NCBI GenBank assembly: GCA_951406725.2
Contig: OX597815.1
Span: forward strand, 180,048,001-180,112,000
Length of the DNA stretch: 64,000 nucleotides
Source of the DNA: Octopus vulgaris
Taxonomy: Eukaryota
Direction: 5' to 3'
The translations under genes and the position numbers were made by a program. The notes under the pieces are model-generated. The model had not been told where the DNA came from. It worked only from the letters and a program-made list of their open reading frames with translations, and made no database searches. Below, piece by piece: positions 12,529 to 26,090 of the stretch (positions are counted from its first letter, which is position 1; every line of letters begins with the position of its first letter).

Positions 12529-13383
12529 TGATGTGGAAATAAATCACGAAACACCCAGTGCAGTGCAACAACAGCCACCCACTTAGCAAAGAGGGTGGAT
12601 ATTGCTACAAAAACCACAGTTCAAGTTAGATACCATTATTATAAATGGTAATGATAGTATTGGAAAACAACAAAAGAAATCATGATGCCAAAGATGATGA
12701 TGATGATGGTAGAGGTGATGATGGTGATGATGACTTCACTTTCAGCCATTAGCAAATGATACCAACTCTTCTCGACAGACAAAGGACGCATAGTTAAATC
12801 GTAGAGTTTAAGCCATATTTCCTGCATCGGAATAAACTCTTTGGTAATAAACTTGAATTAATCTTCCAAAATTGTTTTCCTCAGAATAATATATGAAGTC
12901 TGTTTGTTTTTTGTTTTTATATATTGTCAGAAAATTCTAATATGGAATCAAAGAAATAACATGTTCACAAAAGTCAAAAAGATATCATAGTTTGTTATTG
13001 ATTGCATTAATATTTATTAAATACCAAAAATCTATCTTTATAGATCAGTTTTCTTCAGAATAAATCCATGCTTATATTCATGGAAGCGTGTCTACACATG
13101 CATTCATGAGTGTATCTATGCACACACATGCATATCTTATACATTATACATACATATATATATATGCGTGTGTGTGTGTGTGTGTATTTATATTTGTAAG
13201 GGGAGGCATATGTTTTATATATATATAAATATATATAAATACAAACATTCATAAGTATATATATATTATGTATATATATACATATAGATTTATGCATATA
13301 ATACGTAAGTATAGACATATGTATTTATAGACATAGATTTATAGATATTTATGCATCACATATTTAAGTATATGTTTTATATA

Positions 13384-13434
<51 letters not shown>

Positions 13435-13445
13435 GTATGTATGTG

Positions 13446-13476
<31 letters not shown>

Positions 13477-13525
13477 ATATAAAATAAATTCAGGGTGAAT
13501 ACTTGATAAATGTGTGTGTGTTGTA

Positions 13526-13610
<85 letters not shown>

Positions 13611-13613
<3 letters not shown>

Positions 13614-13800
13614 TAAAACCGGTAAGATAACAAAAGAAAGAAAGAGACCTCGATATTATGTAAATAGAGGAATTTATCTGTAAATGTAATATGTGGCAAT
13701 TATTCAGTAGCCATGATAAAACTCTGAGTTTCGGATGCCAAAACTCAGAGTTTTATCTTGGCTACCGAATCATCGTCACATATTACATTTACATTTACAG

Positions 13801-13803
<3 letters not shown>
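13611..13803. mobile_element. (TA)n-embedded fold-back element with the 3' half of an HHR-like motif at the hairpin apex
   Basis: arms 13675-13734 / 13738-13803; minus arm reads CCGAAACTCAGAGTT. Confidence 0.7.
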
Positions 13804-13834
<31 letters not shown>

Positions 13835-14242
13835 GTATACAGCTGGATGCCCTTCCTAATGCCAACCACTCCGAGAGTGTAGTGAGTGCAATTTAGGTGC
13901 CACCGGCACAGGAGGCAATCAGGTGACACTGGCATCAACCACGTTCAGACAGTGCTTTTTATGTGCCACCAGCACAGGAGCTAGTCGAAGTGGGTGACTG
14001 GCATCAATCATGTTCAGATAGTGTCCTTTATGTGTCACTGGCATGGGGAGCCAGTCAGGAATTTCCATTTTGATTTCAATCTTGATTTGCTTTTGAGTAT
14101 TTTATATTTCGTACCCAAGCTGTTATATTTAATATATTTAATTTGTTTATTCACATAACTGCCTCTATATATACTCTAAAATATACATACATGCACAAAT
14201 ATGCACTTACACACATATATATTCTAATATTTATAATACATA

Positions 14243-14665
14243 AAGGCGACAAGCCAGCAGAAACATTAGCACAGAAATGCTTAGTGGTATTTCATCTGTC
14301 TTTACATTCTGAGTTCAAATTCCACCGAGGTTGACTTTGCCTTTCATCCTTTTGGTGTCAATAAATTAAGTACCAGTTGCTTACTGGGGCAGATCTAATC
14401 GACTGGCCCCTCCCCCAAAATTTTGGTCCTTGTGCCTAGAGTAGAATGGAATTTTTAAAGAAGGTGGCAAGCTAGCAGAAAAGTTAGCATGCCAGGTGAA
14501 ATGCTTAGTGGTATTTCATCTGTCTTTACATTCCGAGTTCAAATTCTGTCAAGGTTGACTTTGCCTTTCATCCTTTAGGGGTCGATAAAGTAAGTACCAG
14601 TTGCATACTGGGGTCAATCTAATCAACTGGCTCCCTCCCCAAAAATTTCAGGCCTTATCCCTAGA
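14243..14665 (+). mobile_element. two tandem SINE family C copies
   Basis: two head+core+tail units. Confidence 0.8.
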
Positions 14666-16844
14666 GGAGAAACGAATATTTATAATACATTAAAATGTGC
14701 TGGTGCCAAGTAAAAAGCACCTGTGCTGGCGCCCAGTACACTCTGTAGAGTGGTTGTCTATAAGATGGGCATCCACCTGTAGAAACCAAACCAAAAGAAA
14801 CAATGAAGTCTGGTGCAGCCCTCCAGCTGGCCATCTCCTGTCGAACCACCCAACTCCTACCAGCATGGAAGATGGACATTAAATGATGACATTAAATGAT
14901 AAAATGATGTATTTTTCTCCGAGTATAAACTAACTGTCTCAAAATTCCCACTAGTGTAACAGAAGAGCTATATGTATTCGTGTTTGCAGACATATATTTC
15001 AATATATTGATGAACAGTATAATTCATATTTGGGGATAATAAATTAAATATCTATTAAAACTGCGGCAGACTTTAACACAACTCAATCGATCTGTCTCTC
15101 CAGTCATGCTACAGTCTGTCCTTCCTAACAAGCTGAAGTCAGTCAGACTATGACAGCTGCAACACTAGCCTATGTGTTACTTGACCTGCAATAATTAGCA
15201 GCCAAATACCAATCATTTAGAGCCACCATCACAGAACATTTCCTATAACCAGTGAATTATTGTCGAGCAGAGGAAATTATTGATAGATTATCCTAATTTG
15301 GGAATTTGTTATTTTGGGTTTAAAATCTCACATCTTATTTAGCAAGTCATCAATTTAGGATTTATTCAAATATTATTTTTCTTGCATTTGTTGTTGACAC
15401 ATTAAGGGTAGCAGATTAATACAATAAGGAGGACTGAGGTTCCATTGTATTCTGGCATGGTTTCTACAACCAAATGTCCTTCCTAACGCCAGCCACTGTA
15501 CAGAGTGGACTGGGTACTTTTTATGTGGCATCAGCACCAATGCTTTTTTTACATGGTACCAGCACTAGTGCTTTTTACAGGGCAACAACAGCAGCAGCAG
15601 TGCTTTTTATGTGGCACGAACACTGACAGAGTCACCAAGCAACGTGCAAAACAAAATTCCCTCAACTGGAAGCAGGGGGGGAAAAAAAACAAGATAAAAA
15701 TGAAATTAAAATGAATAAAATCAGTATAAACTCAAATTAAGCAGAAACCAGAAAGATGAATAATATACATCTATAGTATAGCAATCCAACGATTCTTAAA
15801 GGTAATGTGCAACACACAAAATGCTAGGCAGCACAGATATTTAGGACAAAGCAGCAGTAAATGCATGAAGGAAAATTAACAAATTAATAAGAAGAATGTG
15901 TGTATAAATTGTCACTATGATCAAATTCTCATTGATTTATACAGAAACTTGGCAAAGGATGTTTATCTACTTCCAATGGACATTTTGAAAGCAATAAAGT
16001 GATAAAGGTCTCTCTTACGATGCTACTGAATTGATCATTTACAGAATAACGGTTGCCAAGCAGGCTTCTTTACTTTTTCTTTTGAGTGTTATGAAAAATA
16101 ATTTACCTATTATTTATATACATGAATACATAAATGGGTTTGCTAGTGAATTTTAATATTCTTTGCTCTTCTAAAAAGGATATGAATTTCATAAACAGGA
16201 ATATGCGAAATGAGCCCCGTAATATAAATAGAATGGTGAAGAGAATATGGAAAATGTAGAACTAAACAAAGAAATATAATACAGTGTAACTTGAATAGCA
16301 AAATTCATCAAACATATTTTCCAAATAAAATATTGATTTCTTTTATGGAGAAACCGGCAAACATTTTGGTAGGAGAAAGATTTTTGACCGAACCTTTCAC
16401 CAATCTCAGAGGAGTTGATTAATAGTGAAGACAAATTCTGACTCAGCACAGTCTTGTGGAATTTGTAAACAACTTAATTTTCCAATGGTAACAAAAGCAC
16501 CCTGAAATATTCAGGTGAGATACAGAGCCAGGTGTGACCTTCTTGATGGATTACCATTCATGGCTTAGACCTGCTTTGCCCATAGCAAGGACAGTGGTTG
16601 AGCGATGTGGTGTCACTTAGGGTTAATAGCAAGGGTAGAGAGAAGGGAGGATAAGGTTTCATGCCTAAAAAGGCAAGAGTAGGGTTAGGGACTCACCTTG
16701 TAGAGTTTTTAATTGAATAAACGGACCCCAATTTATATATATTTTTTTATTATTTTAGCCTGGTATTTACTCTATTTTCCCCAACACCAGTTGTGAAGCA
16801 GTGGTGGGGGACAAACACTGACAGAAAGACACACACACATATAT

Positions 16845-17144
16845 ATGGAGATGCAATGGCCCAGTAGTTAGGGCAGCGGACTCGCGGTTGTAGGATTGCG
16901 GTTTCAATTCCCAGACCAGGCGTTGTGAGTGTTTATTGAGCGAAAACACCTAAAAGCTCCACAAGACTCTGGCAGAGGGTGGTGGCAATCCCTGCTGTAC
17001 TCTTTCGCCACAACTTTCTCTCACTCTTTCTTCTGTCGGCCTGCTCACTTAGCCAGTGGGGTGGCGTCATTTGAAGGCTAAAACAAGGCGAAGCGCATTG
17101 TGACTAGCGATGTGTAGCAACATCTGATAGCCTGGTCGGTCACG

Positions 17145-17146
<2 letters not shown>
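16845..17146 (+). mobile_element. tRNA(Arg-TCG-like)-headed SINE family D, alternative tail
   Basis: TGGCCCAGTAGTTAGGGCAGCGGACTCGCGGT head shared with 50186-50481; 3' half differs. Confidence 0.75.
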
Positions 17147-17179
<33 letters not shown>

Positions 17180-18247
17180 TGGGCTTTTTTCAGCTTCTGT
17201 CAACCAAATCCACTCACAAGGCTTTCATTGGTTCAAGGTAGAAGACATTTTCCCAAGATGTCATGCAGAGGAACTGAACCCAGAACTATGTGGTTGGGAA
17301 GCAAACTTCTTACCGCACAGCCACAATCTTATACATTTACTTAGTGATTTGCTCATTACTACTCGGATAACTAAGATGTAGTCTATGCCTTGCTGATAAA
17401 ACAAAAACATGCCAGGACTTGTCCCCTGCATTTGAAGTAAAATAAAATGTATTCCTTTGCTGGGTTTCTAATAATCTCAAAATAATTTCAATATTGTTAT
17501 AAGGAATTTTATTCAAATAAACACCACAGCAAACATGTTATTATGGTATAATAAATAACCAATACTCATGAAAAATTGGTTTCTTGTAAGACCAGAAATT
17601 TCATAGAGAAAAGGGACAAAAATTATGTGAATTTCATGGCTTTTCTTTGATTATATTAGAGGTGTAGTGAAATAAATTTGCTTCAACTCACCTTTTGTTC
17701 TATGATGTAAAATATAACAAATGAAGTTTATGAAAATAAAAAGTAGTGTAATATAATAATGTCTACTGAAAAGGTTTCAGTAATGAAACAAAAGAAACAA
17801 AACAATGAAACCAAAGGAAAGAAAAAAAAAACTTCATGTAGTTATTAGTTTTATGATATAAGGTAGGAATAAGATATCAGAGGTGCTTAACATTTTGAAC
17901 AGTGGCTCTTGTTCAAGGAAAATCAGAAAAGAAAAAGAGAAAGAAATGTTCTGTGGAGATAATATTATAGTGTTGCTAAAAGGCAGCAAGCCGGCAGAAT
18001 CATCTGCATACCTGGCAAAATGCTTATCACTATTTCATCTAGCTATATGTTCTGAGTTCAAGTTCTGCTGAGGTCAATTTTGTCTTTTGTCCTTTCAAGG
18101 TTGGTAAAATAAATACCAGTCCAGCAATGGAATTTATGTAATCGACTTACCTACTTCCCCTGAAATTGCTGACCTTGTGCTAAAATTTGAAACCAATATC
18201 ATTGTGTTATTGATTATAAGAGTAACAGCACTATAATAATTCTTACA

Positions 18248-18648
18248 GAGGTGGCGAGCTGGCAGAAACGTTAGCACGCTGGGCAAAATGCTTAGCGATA
18301 TTTTGTCTGCCGTTACATTCTGAGTTCAAATTCCACCGAAGTCAACTTTACCGTTCATCCTTTCGGGTTGATTAAATAAATACCAGTTATGCACTGGGTC
18401 GATATAATCGACTTAATCCATTTGTCTGTCCTTGTTTGTCCCCTCTGTGTTTAGCCCCTTGTGGGTAGTAAAGAAATAGGTATTTCGTCTGCCTTTACAT
18501 TCTGAGTTCAAATTCTGCCAAGTCTGACTGAGCCTTTCATCTTTTCGGGGCCAATAAATTAAGTACCAGTTGTGTACTGGGGTTGATCTAATCGACTGGT
18601 CCCCTCCCAAAAAATTTTGGGCCCTGTGCCTGGAGTAAAAAAGAATAT
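18248..18648 (+). mobile_element. SINE family C, dimeric
   Basis: same motifs as 10343-10760. Confidence 0.8.
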
Positions 18649-19672
18649 TTCTTACAGAATTTCCTCTTTTTGTCTTATTTTTTCTCTCCATTTTTCCTTG
18701 AAGAAATGCCATTACCTGAAATGTTGAATTTTCCTTTTCCTCACAGTGTAAAACTAATAACTATTCTGTGTATGCTTGTTTCTTTATTTTGTTTTGTTTT
18801 TTTCCTGATATCTACTTATTGGATATGTTATCACACTGATACAGACTCCAGATTCTCAGATTACATTGAATCTACGATTATTAATAATATAATGCGCCTG
18901 GCATTTCTGCTAAATGAAAATAATTAAATAATAAAAGAACAAAAATTAAAAATTATGGTTCTTAATGTTTTTTACCATTTCTTCACAACAATGCAAGTAG
19001 AACATATATTAAACAAAAAAATAATCAAGAAAACTTGACATATAATTAAAAAAAAAAGACTCTAAAAATTTGAAAGCAATCATGAATCTAATGATTGAGA
19101 ACTAAGATAGCCATTAACATTTGAGCTGCTAGCTGCTCTAATAAAATTATTGTCTACAGAATTTATTCAATAAAATAAAAAGAACAAAACTTCCTTTATT
19201 TGTAAAGCCTAATTGTGGATCATATATACATGTGATATAATCCTAGTTTTGTTGTTCTTTCTTTTATTATCTATTATCAGAAGGCATTGCTGCAGGCTTT
19301 AGCTTATCTTCCATGGCATTAAGCAGCAGAGATGCAACTTCTATGGATAGAAATATCAGTCAGTGACAGCTTTTGTTCATAGGAAAGGTTTGAATTCAGC
19401 TCTGCTAGCTAACAGAATAATTCCATTGCTATACATGACTTACCACTACCATCACATACATCAATGCCACCTCACAATGGCTACTTACAAGAACATGTGA
19501 ACCAAAATAATTTTACCAACAAAAGACTATGCATCTATCTATCTTTCTCTCCCTCTCTACACACACAAATATATTCATGTGTTATGCATGACATGTTGGG
19601 CAAGTGTCTCTTACTGTGGACTCAAGCAAACTTAGTAGATGGAAAGCGAAAGATGCCCATCATACGTATGTA

Positions 19673-19940
19673 CATCATCATCATCGTTTAACGTTCGCTT
19701 TCCATGCTAGCATGGGTTGGACGGTTTGATCGGGGTCTGGAAAGCCAGGAGGCTGCACCAGGCTCCAGTCTGATCTAGCAGTGTTTCTACAGCTGGATGC
19801 TCTTCCTAATGCCAACCACTCCGTGAGTGTAGTGGGTGCTTTTTACGTACCACTGGCACAGGTGCCAGGGGAGGCTGGCAATGGCCACAATCGGTTGGCG
19901 CTTTTTACATGCCACCGACACGGGAGCCAGTCAAGGCGGT
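19673..19940 (-). mobile_element. RTE 3'-UTR fragment
   Basis: CATCATCATCGTTTAACG...CTACAGCTGGATG, close match to 866-1050. Confidence 0.85.
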
Positions 19941-21138
19941 GAACATGTGTGTGTATGTGTAAGTCTGTGTATGTTTGTGTCTCTTTACATAGTATGATAA
20001 TTGCAAATTAGTGACATTGTTATACTAGTAGTTGTCATTCATTTCCAATATTCTACAAAAACATGTCTGGCCATGCAGAAATATTACCTTGCTTGGAAAT
20101 AGGCAAGGGTTGGCAACAGGAAAGGCATCTGGCCATAGAAAATCTGCTTTGATAAACCCCACAATATAAGTATGAAAAAGTGGATGTTGAAATGCTTATG
20201 ATGTTGATGATGATGATGACACTTAATAACAGAATATGCAGTTTTTAACTGTTCAGTTTCTCTTTTTCTCAAGAGGAGATTTGCCTTAAATGTCTTGTTC
20301 CATTATAGCTATCGACTTTGGAGATAAGAAATTGCTAAATGAAAATATGTAGGACCCATAAATTCAATTTAAGCTGACATTCTGAACATTTTTTTTTTAG
20401 ACAAATTATGGTGAGCTTCAGTAAGTAAATAGTGAAGAGTGAAATTTACTCAGACACAGACTCCCACTAAAGTGATTTCTGATTCCCCACTGTAGTTATT
20501 CCGCTTCAATTACCTTACAAATGCCCAATGGAAAGACTCAAACATCATCATTTTCTATTTTCCTTTTCAATAAATAAAAAAAAAAAAAAATAATAAAAAC
20601 CAATTATGCTACTGATTATTGTACCTAATTAGAAGTTGTGATATGCCTAGAGAAATATAAATGCACAGAAATTCTAGAAACAACAAAAGAAGTATTATTT
20701 TTTAAATATTAGATAATATTTAGGAGTTTCTAAAGATATATTAACCAAGTAATTTTAAAAGAAAGTTTGAATAATTTAATTTCTATTCTCCAGTTAATCG
20801 GAAGCAATTTGCTGTGTAAAAAATTCTATATATTAAACATAACTTCTTAAAATAATATTGAATGGGTTTTGATTTTCCTTTAAACATATCCGAGAAAATG
20901 GCTTTAAATTATATATCATTTAATACACACAAACACACAAGATTCAACCGTGAGCTACTATAAGTTTCTTACCTCTCATAATACAAGTTCATCCAACTAT
21001 TATATTATCAGAAGCATGAAACTTGCAGCAGCTCACATTTAAATATTGCATATATCAAATGATATTCATCTCTCACTTGATAGAGTATGTTTTTGGCGAT
21101 ACTACCAATAATAGAACAGTAAACTATATATATATAGT

Positions 21139-21859
21139 CATGTACTACTGATGGATGAGGAGAGATGTGTGAAGAAGTGCCACTCCCAAACAGTTGAAGG
21201 AATCCGGGGTAGAGGTAGACCCAGGAAGACATGGGATGAGGTGGTCAAGCATGACCTGCAAACATTGGGCCTCACAGAGACAATGACGAAAGACCGAGAT
21301 CTCTGGAGATATGTTGTGACTGTGAAGACCCGACACATAACATGAGTTCATGGCTGTTTCCTGCACCAGCTTCACATAGCAGCCCCAGCCCATCCAAAGT
21401 ACCTTGGATTGCAAGACGGCCTGCTGTGCTTACCTTGGATCGTAGGGTGACCTGCTGTGCTTGAGGAGACCTATTGAGTCAAGTACATCAACATCAAAAT
21501 AAAAATCAAATGGAAATTGTAGTTGTGATACCTGTGCTGGTGGCACGCAAAAAGCACCATCCAAACATGGTTGATGCCAGCGTTGCTGTGACTGATGTCC
21601 GTGCCGGTGGCATGTAAAAAGCACCAACTGATTGTGGCCATTGCCAGCCTCCCCTGGCACCTGTGGTGGTGGCACGTAAAAAGCACCCATTACACTCACA
21701 GAGTGGCTGGCATTAGGAAGGGCATCTAGCTGTAGAAACACTGCCAGATCAGACTGGAGCCTGGTACAGCCTCCTGGCTTCCCAGACCCCGGTCGAACCA
21801 TCCAACACATGCTAGCATGGAAAATGAACGTTAAACAATGATGATGATGATGCTGATGA
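21139..21859 (+). mobile_element. RTE LINE 3' fragment (ORF end + UTR)
   Basis: MDEERCVKKCHSQTVEGIRGRGRPRKTWDEVVKHDL is identical to the same stretch of the 1105-3060 ORF; (GAT)n tail. Confidence 0.9.
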
Positions 21860-21884
21860 CATATATATATATATATATAAATAA

Positions 21885-22152
21885 AACAGTATTAATAAAA
21901 TATATTGGAGAAAAAGATTTTATTTAATACGACACATGTTTCGACCCATTCTGGGTCTATTCGGGTAGATAATTAAATAAAAAGATAAAAAGTCTCACTA
22001 GAGATTCGGTTTTACGTATCGCTAAATGTCCATCAAAGTTGTTAGGCATGTTATTTTTTTATTCATTTATGTACCCAAAGAGACCAAGAACGGGTCGAAA
22101 CATGTGTCGTACTAAATATATATTTTTTTCCATCTATTTTATTAATACTGTT
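21885..22152. mobile_element. imperfect inverted repeat with a degenerate HHR-like motif in each arm
   Basis: AACAGTATTAATAAAATA...TATTTTATTAATACTGTT; GACC..GGGTC-GAAACATGTGTC in both orientations. Confidence 0.65.
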
Positions 22153-22305
22153 ACCTCAACTGCTACTACGAAGTTCCTGCGATAAATCTACGGATAACAA
22201 CAGGTAATCGAAGCTGTACCAATGCTTTACTCATCAACCACTTATACATTTTCTATAATTTTTCCATTATATATATACATATAAATCCTGCAAAAACTGT
22301 ATACC

Positions 22306-22346
<41 letters not shown>

Positions 22347-22384
22347 CCAGCAAAAACTGTATACCTAAATGTATATATATATAT

Positions 22385-22415
<31 letters not shown>

Positions 22416-22440
22416 TCATTCACCATGATAGATCATAGCC

Positions 22441-22600
22441 ATTAACCTTTTTTTATTTTCTCTCACTGTTTATTTCTGTCGAAAAGCGTAGGCTCGAAAA
22501 GTAAAAGACTTTCCCTTTCTTCCTGAGCATTAAACTAATTCATCTGTTTGTTGTTTACACACGTGTCTTAGTCTTTTGTTTTTTGTAAATTCTCACTATA
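22441..22600 (+). mobile_element. (TA)n-associated short repeat with degenerate HHR motif (22471-22508); second copy 52010-52130 on minus
   Basis: TATTT-CTGTCGA-A-AAGC-GTAG-GCTC-GAAAAGTA-AAAGA, with downstream sequence shared with 52010-52130. Confidence 0.6.
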
Positions 22601-22690
22601 TATATATATAACAATTATTTGAGGGAATATATATATATATATATATAAATCCTGCAAAAACTGTATACCTAAATATATATATATATATTC

Positions 22691-22723
<33 letters not shown>

Positions 22724-23694
22724 CATATATTTGTGCATTCCTATTTATGTGTAAATGTATAAACACACATATATATATCCATATATACATTCACATATAG
22801 ATAGATTCGATTAGATAAATTTGTAAACATATATATGTAATATCCATATATATATATTATATACATGTGTGTGTGTGTGTGTGCACATACATACATGTAG
22901 CCACATACACATGGAAACACATATGTCTATGCTTGGAATAACTCGCAGAGAAAAATAAAACACAGAAGCTATGATATAAATAGACTAAATGTTGTTGAAT
23001 GATTTTATACCTTCAAATCAATGAGTGATGTATTTTGGGAGTTTCAATAGTATAGGAAAATGTATTGATGGTTCCATACCTATTTTTGTTTTTGTTTTTT
23101 GTTTCTTTTTGTTTATAGCTAACTACAATACAGAAATCTAGAATCATTATTCCTCGTTAATGCTCTGACTTTTTAAAAAACAAGCTTTCATTGGTTTGTG
23201 TATGTAATGTTAGTGGTGATATTTCTCTGATAAAATTTGTAATATTGTAACGATGTAATGTTACATTAGCCTTTTTTAAATAATTGTTCTGCATAATTTC
23301 ACAGCTCACTGGATAACTTTGGAGGGAAAAATCTCGTAAAGAACTGGAAGATTACTTTTAAAAAGATATTTAATAAAAGAAGGGATTTAAGTTATGGATT
23401 TTGGTGGTTGTGTTAAAGAGCTGAAAGGCAGGTCATTGCTCTTGCTAAGTTTTTTACATCATCTCATCTTCTTAAATAAGGATGGTGATAGTCATGATGA
23501 TGATGACAATGACAATGTCAATAACCATGATAAGGATGATTACTGTGATGATAATGTTAGTGATCCGAAGGCTAGTAGAACTCAATAGCCAAAAGCCTTT
23601 CCTGATACCAATCCTTATTCATCAAAGTCAGGCACTTTTCCCACTGGATTTTCTACACTGAATTTCTAGACACATGGAGGACACAAACAAATAT

Positions 23695-23928
23695 TTATTT
23701 CTTCATTGCCCACGGGGGCTAAACACAGAGGGGACAAACAAGGACAGAAAAAGGGCTTAAGTCAGTTACATCGACCCCAGTGCGTAACTGGTACTTAATT
23801 TATCGACCTTGAAAGAATGAAAGGCAAAGTCGATCTCGGCGGAATTTGAACTCAGAACGTAACGGCAGCCAAAATACCGCTAAGCATTTCACCCGACATG
23901 CTAACGATTCTGCCAGCTCACCACCCTT
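23695..23928 (-). mobile_element. SINE family C
   Basis: reverse complement of the family C head and core. Confidence 0.82.
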
Positions 23929-24421
23929 TACAAATATTACCACAGCTTAAACAGTGTCAATGCAAAGTCGTTTGAAGGCAAACACACACATACACACGAT
24001 GGATATTCAGTGTCCATCTACTACATTTCACTCACAAGGAACTGGTCAGTTCAAAGCTATAGTGGACAACACTTTCCCAAAGTGCCATACAGTGGGAATG
24101 AACCCCAAAACTATGTGGCTCCCAAGTGAACTTCTCAAGCATGCAGCCATGCTTGTTCTCATTTATAATAATGATCGGGTGTGGTGATGTAAGTGACTTG
24201 TTACATAATTAATTTAATCAGAGCTTAATTTACAACGATAAGGTTAGTGATCTCTTTAGCTTGAGAATTCCCAATTCACTATGATCTAAATAAAGTTTAT
24301 GAATAAAGTTTAATTTCTTCATTGTAAATTAAACAGCATATAACTGCTTATTTACTCAAGCAAAGTTTTTAAGGGGTTCCTAATATAGTCTTTCAAAAAA
24401 TGGCTAGTTGTTTTGAGTTTT

Positions 24422-24783
24422 TTATTCTTTTATTCTTTTACTTGTTTCAGTCATTTGACTGTGGCCACACAAATCAACCCCAGGACTTATTCTTTGTAAG
24501 CCTAATACTTATTTGGTCAGTCTCGTTTGCCAAACTGCTAATTTACGGGGATGTAAACATACCAGCTTCGGTTGTCAAGTGATATTGAGGGAACAAACAC
24601 AGACACACAAACACACATATACAATGGGCTTCTTTCAGTTTCCATCTACCAAATCCACTCAAAAGGCTTTGGTCAGCCCAAGGCTATAGTAGAAGACACT
24701 TGCCCAAGATGCCATGCAGTGGGACAGAACCTGGAACTATGTGGTTGGTAAGCAAGCTACTTACCACACAGCCACTCCTGCAC
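24422..24783 (-). mobile_element. SINE family B
   Basis: matches 12118-12528. Confidence 0.82.
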
Positions 24784-24876
24784 CACTTATTATTATTATT
24801 ATTATTATTTATCATTGATTTCTTTTTATTATGGAATGCAACATATTTATAGGGAACCATCTTTAAGAAGTTTAGA

Positions 24877-26090
24877 CACGTGATCTCAACATAGTTGGAA
24901 AACTGGGAGAATGGCTTCATGACTTTCTGAAGGATAGAAGTCAGGTGGTAGTAGCCAATGGGGCCACCTCCATTAACACACAAATAGTGAGCGGTGTTCC
25001 GCAGGGCACTGTTCTGGGACCACTACTGTTCATAATGGCCCTCTCAGACATGCCCTCAGCCACGCAGAGAGCCACGATCACAAGTTATGCAGATGATACA
25101 AAAGTTTCACAGGCAATACAGAACCCTGAGGACACTAAACACCTGCAATGTGAGCTGGACGAAATATACAAGTGGGCTGAAAAGAATAGCATGCAGTTCA
25201 ATGCTGGAAAGTTTCAAGCTTTATACTATCAGCATGCAAAACTGAATGCAATACCCAATGAATACACTGGACCCGGAGGGATTGCAATCCCAGAGGCACA
25301 ATCAGTGCGTGACCTGGGTATTCACATGAGTGATGACGCGACCTTTCATGTACATGTTGCTAAACTGACAATGAAATGTAGACGGCTGGCTGGATGGATT
25401 CTTAGAACCTTTAGAACAAGAGAACAAGAAACCATGATGGTCCTCTGGAAGACACTTGTCCTAAGCCACTTTGACTATTGCTCTCAGCTATGGTCACCAT
25501 CCAGTGTCAAGTTGATCACAGAACTTGAGGCGATCCAACGAAGCTACACAAAGAAGATAGCCTCTATGCAGAATGTGAGCTACTGGGAAAGACTCAAGAG
25601 ATTAAAATTATATTCCCTGGAGCGTAGGCGGGAAAGATATGCCATAATATACTTCTGGAAGATCCTGGAGGGAAGTGTCCTGAACTTTGGCATCGAGAGT
25701 TACGCAAATGCCAGAACTGGGCGCCACTGCGTGGTGCCTAGGACTCCAAACCTGCCATCAAGATGTAGGACAAGATTCTGTGATAGCCTGGGCTTCCGAG
25801 GCCCAAAGCTCTTCAATATCCTCCCGAAGAACCTGAGAGACCTGCATGGGGTGGATACAGATGTCTTTAAAATGAAGCTGGATCTCTTCCTGTCAGGTGT
25901 CCCAGATGAACCAACTTCACGGCAGGAGGGGCAGATGAGGGCAGCTGCATCGAACTCTCTCATGCACCAAATAGCAGTTGCTAGAAAGCCTCCATGAAGT
26001 GAAACCAAGTAGCAACACCAAATGGCGGTGCCCCAGCATGGCCACAGCTCATAAGCTGAAACTAGAATCAATCAATCAATCAATCAATCA
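24877..26090 (+). mobile_element. CR1-type LINE, 5'-truncated, (ATCA)n tail
   Basis: RT motifs GVPQGTVLGPLLF, YADDTK, RDLGI, DYCS..WSP, LEAIQR, SLERRRERY; 3' (ATCA)n. Confidence 0.9.
24945..25997 (+). CDS. C-terminal half of LINE ORF2 reverse transcriptase (open 350 aa, truncated)
   Basis: ORF track; frame is open upstream to ~24877 (..GKLGEWLHDFLKDRSQ). Confidence 0.85.
   Translation: MVVANGATSINTQIVSGVPQGTVLGPLLFIMALSDMPSATQRATITSYADDTKVSQAIQNPEDTKHLQCELDEIYKWAEKNSMQFNAGKFQALYYQHAKLNAIPNEYTGPGGIAIPEAQSVRDLGIHMSDDATFHVHVAKLTMKCRRLAGWILRTFRTREQETMMVLWKTLVLSHFDYCSQLWSPSSVKLITELEAIQRSYTKKIASMQNVSYWERLKRLKLYSLERRRERYAIIYFWKILEGSVLNFGIESYANARTGRHCVVPRTPNLPSRCRTRFCDSLGFRGPKLFNILPKNLRDLHGVDTDVFKMKLDLFLSGVPDEPTSRQEGQMRAAASNSLMHQIAVARKPP

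Noticed and set aside
11897-12542. Many 60-125 aa ORFs recurring with similar text (e.g. GYSRRHLPK, HCHAVGLNPEPCG)
   Set aside because: Incidental frames within SINE copies, not a protein family
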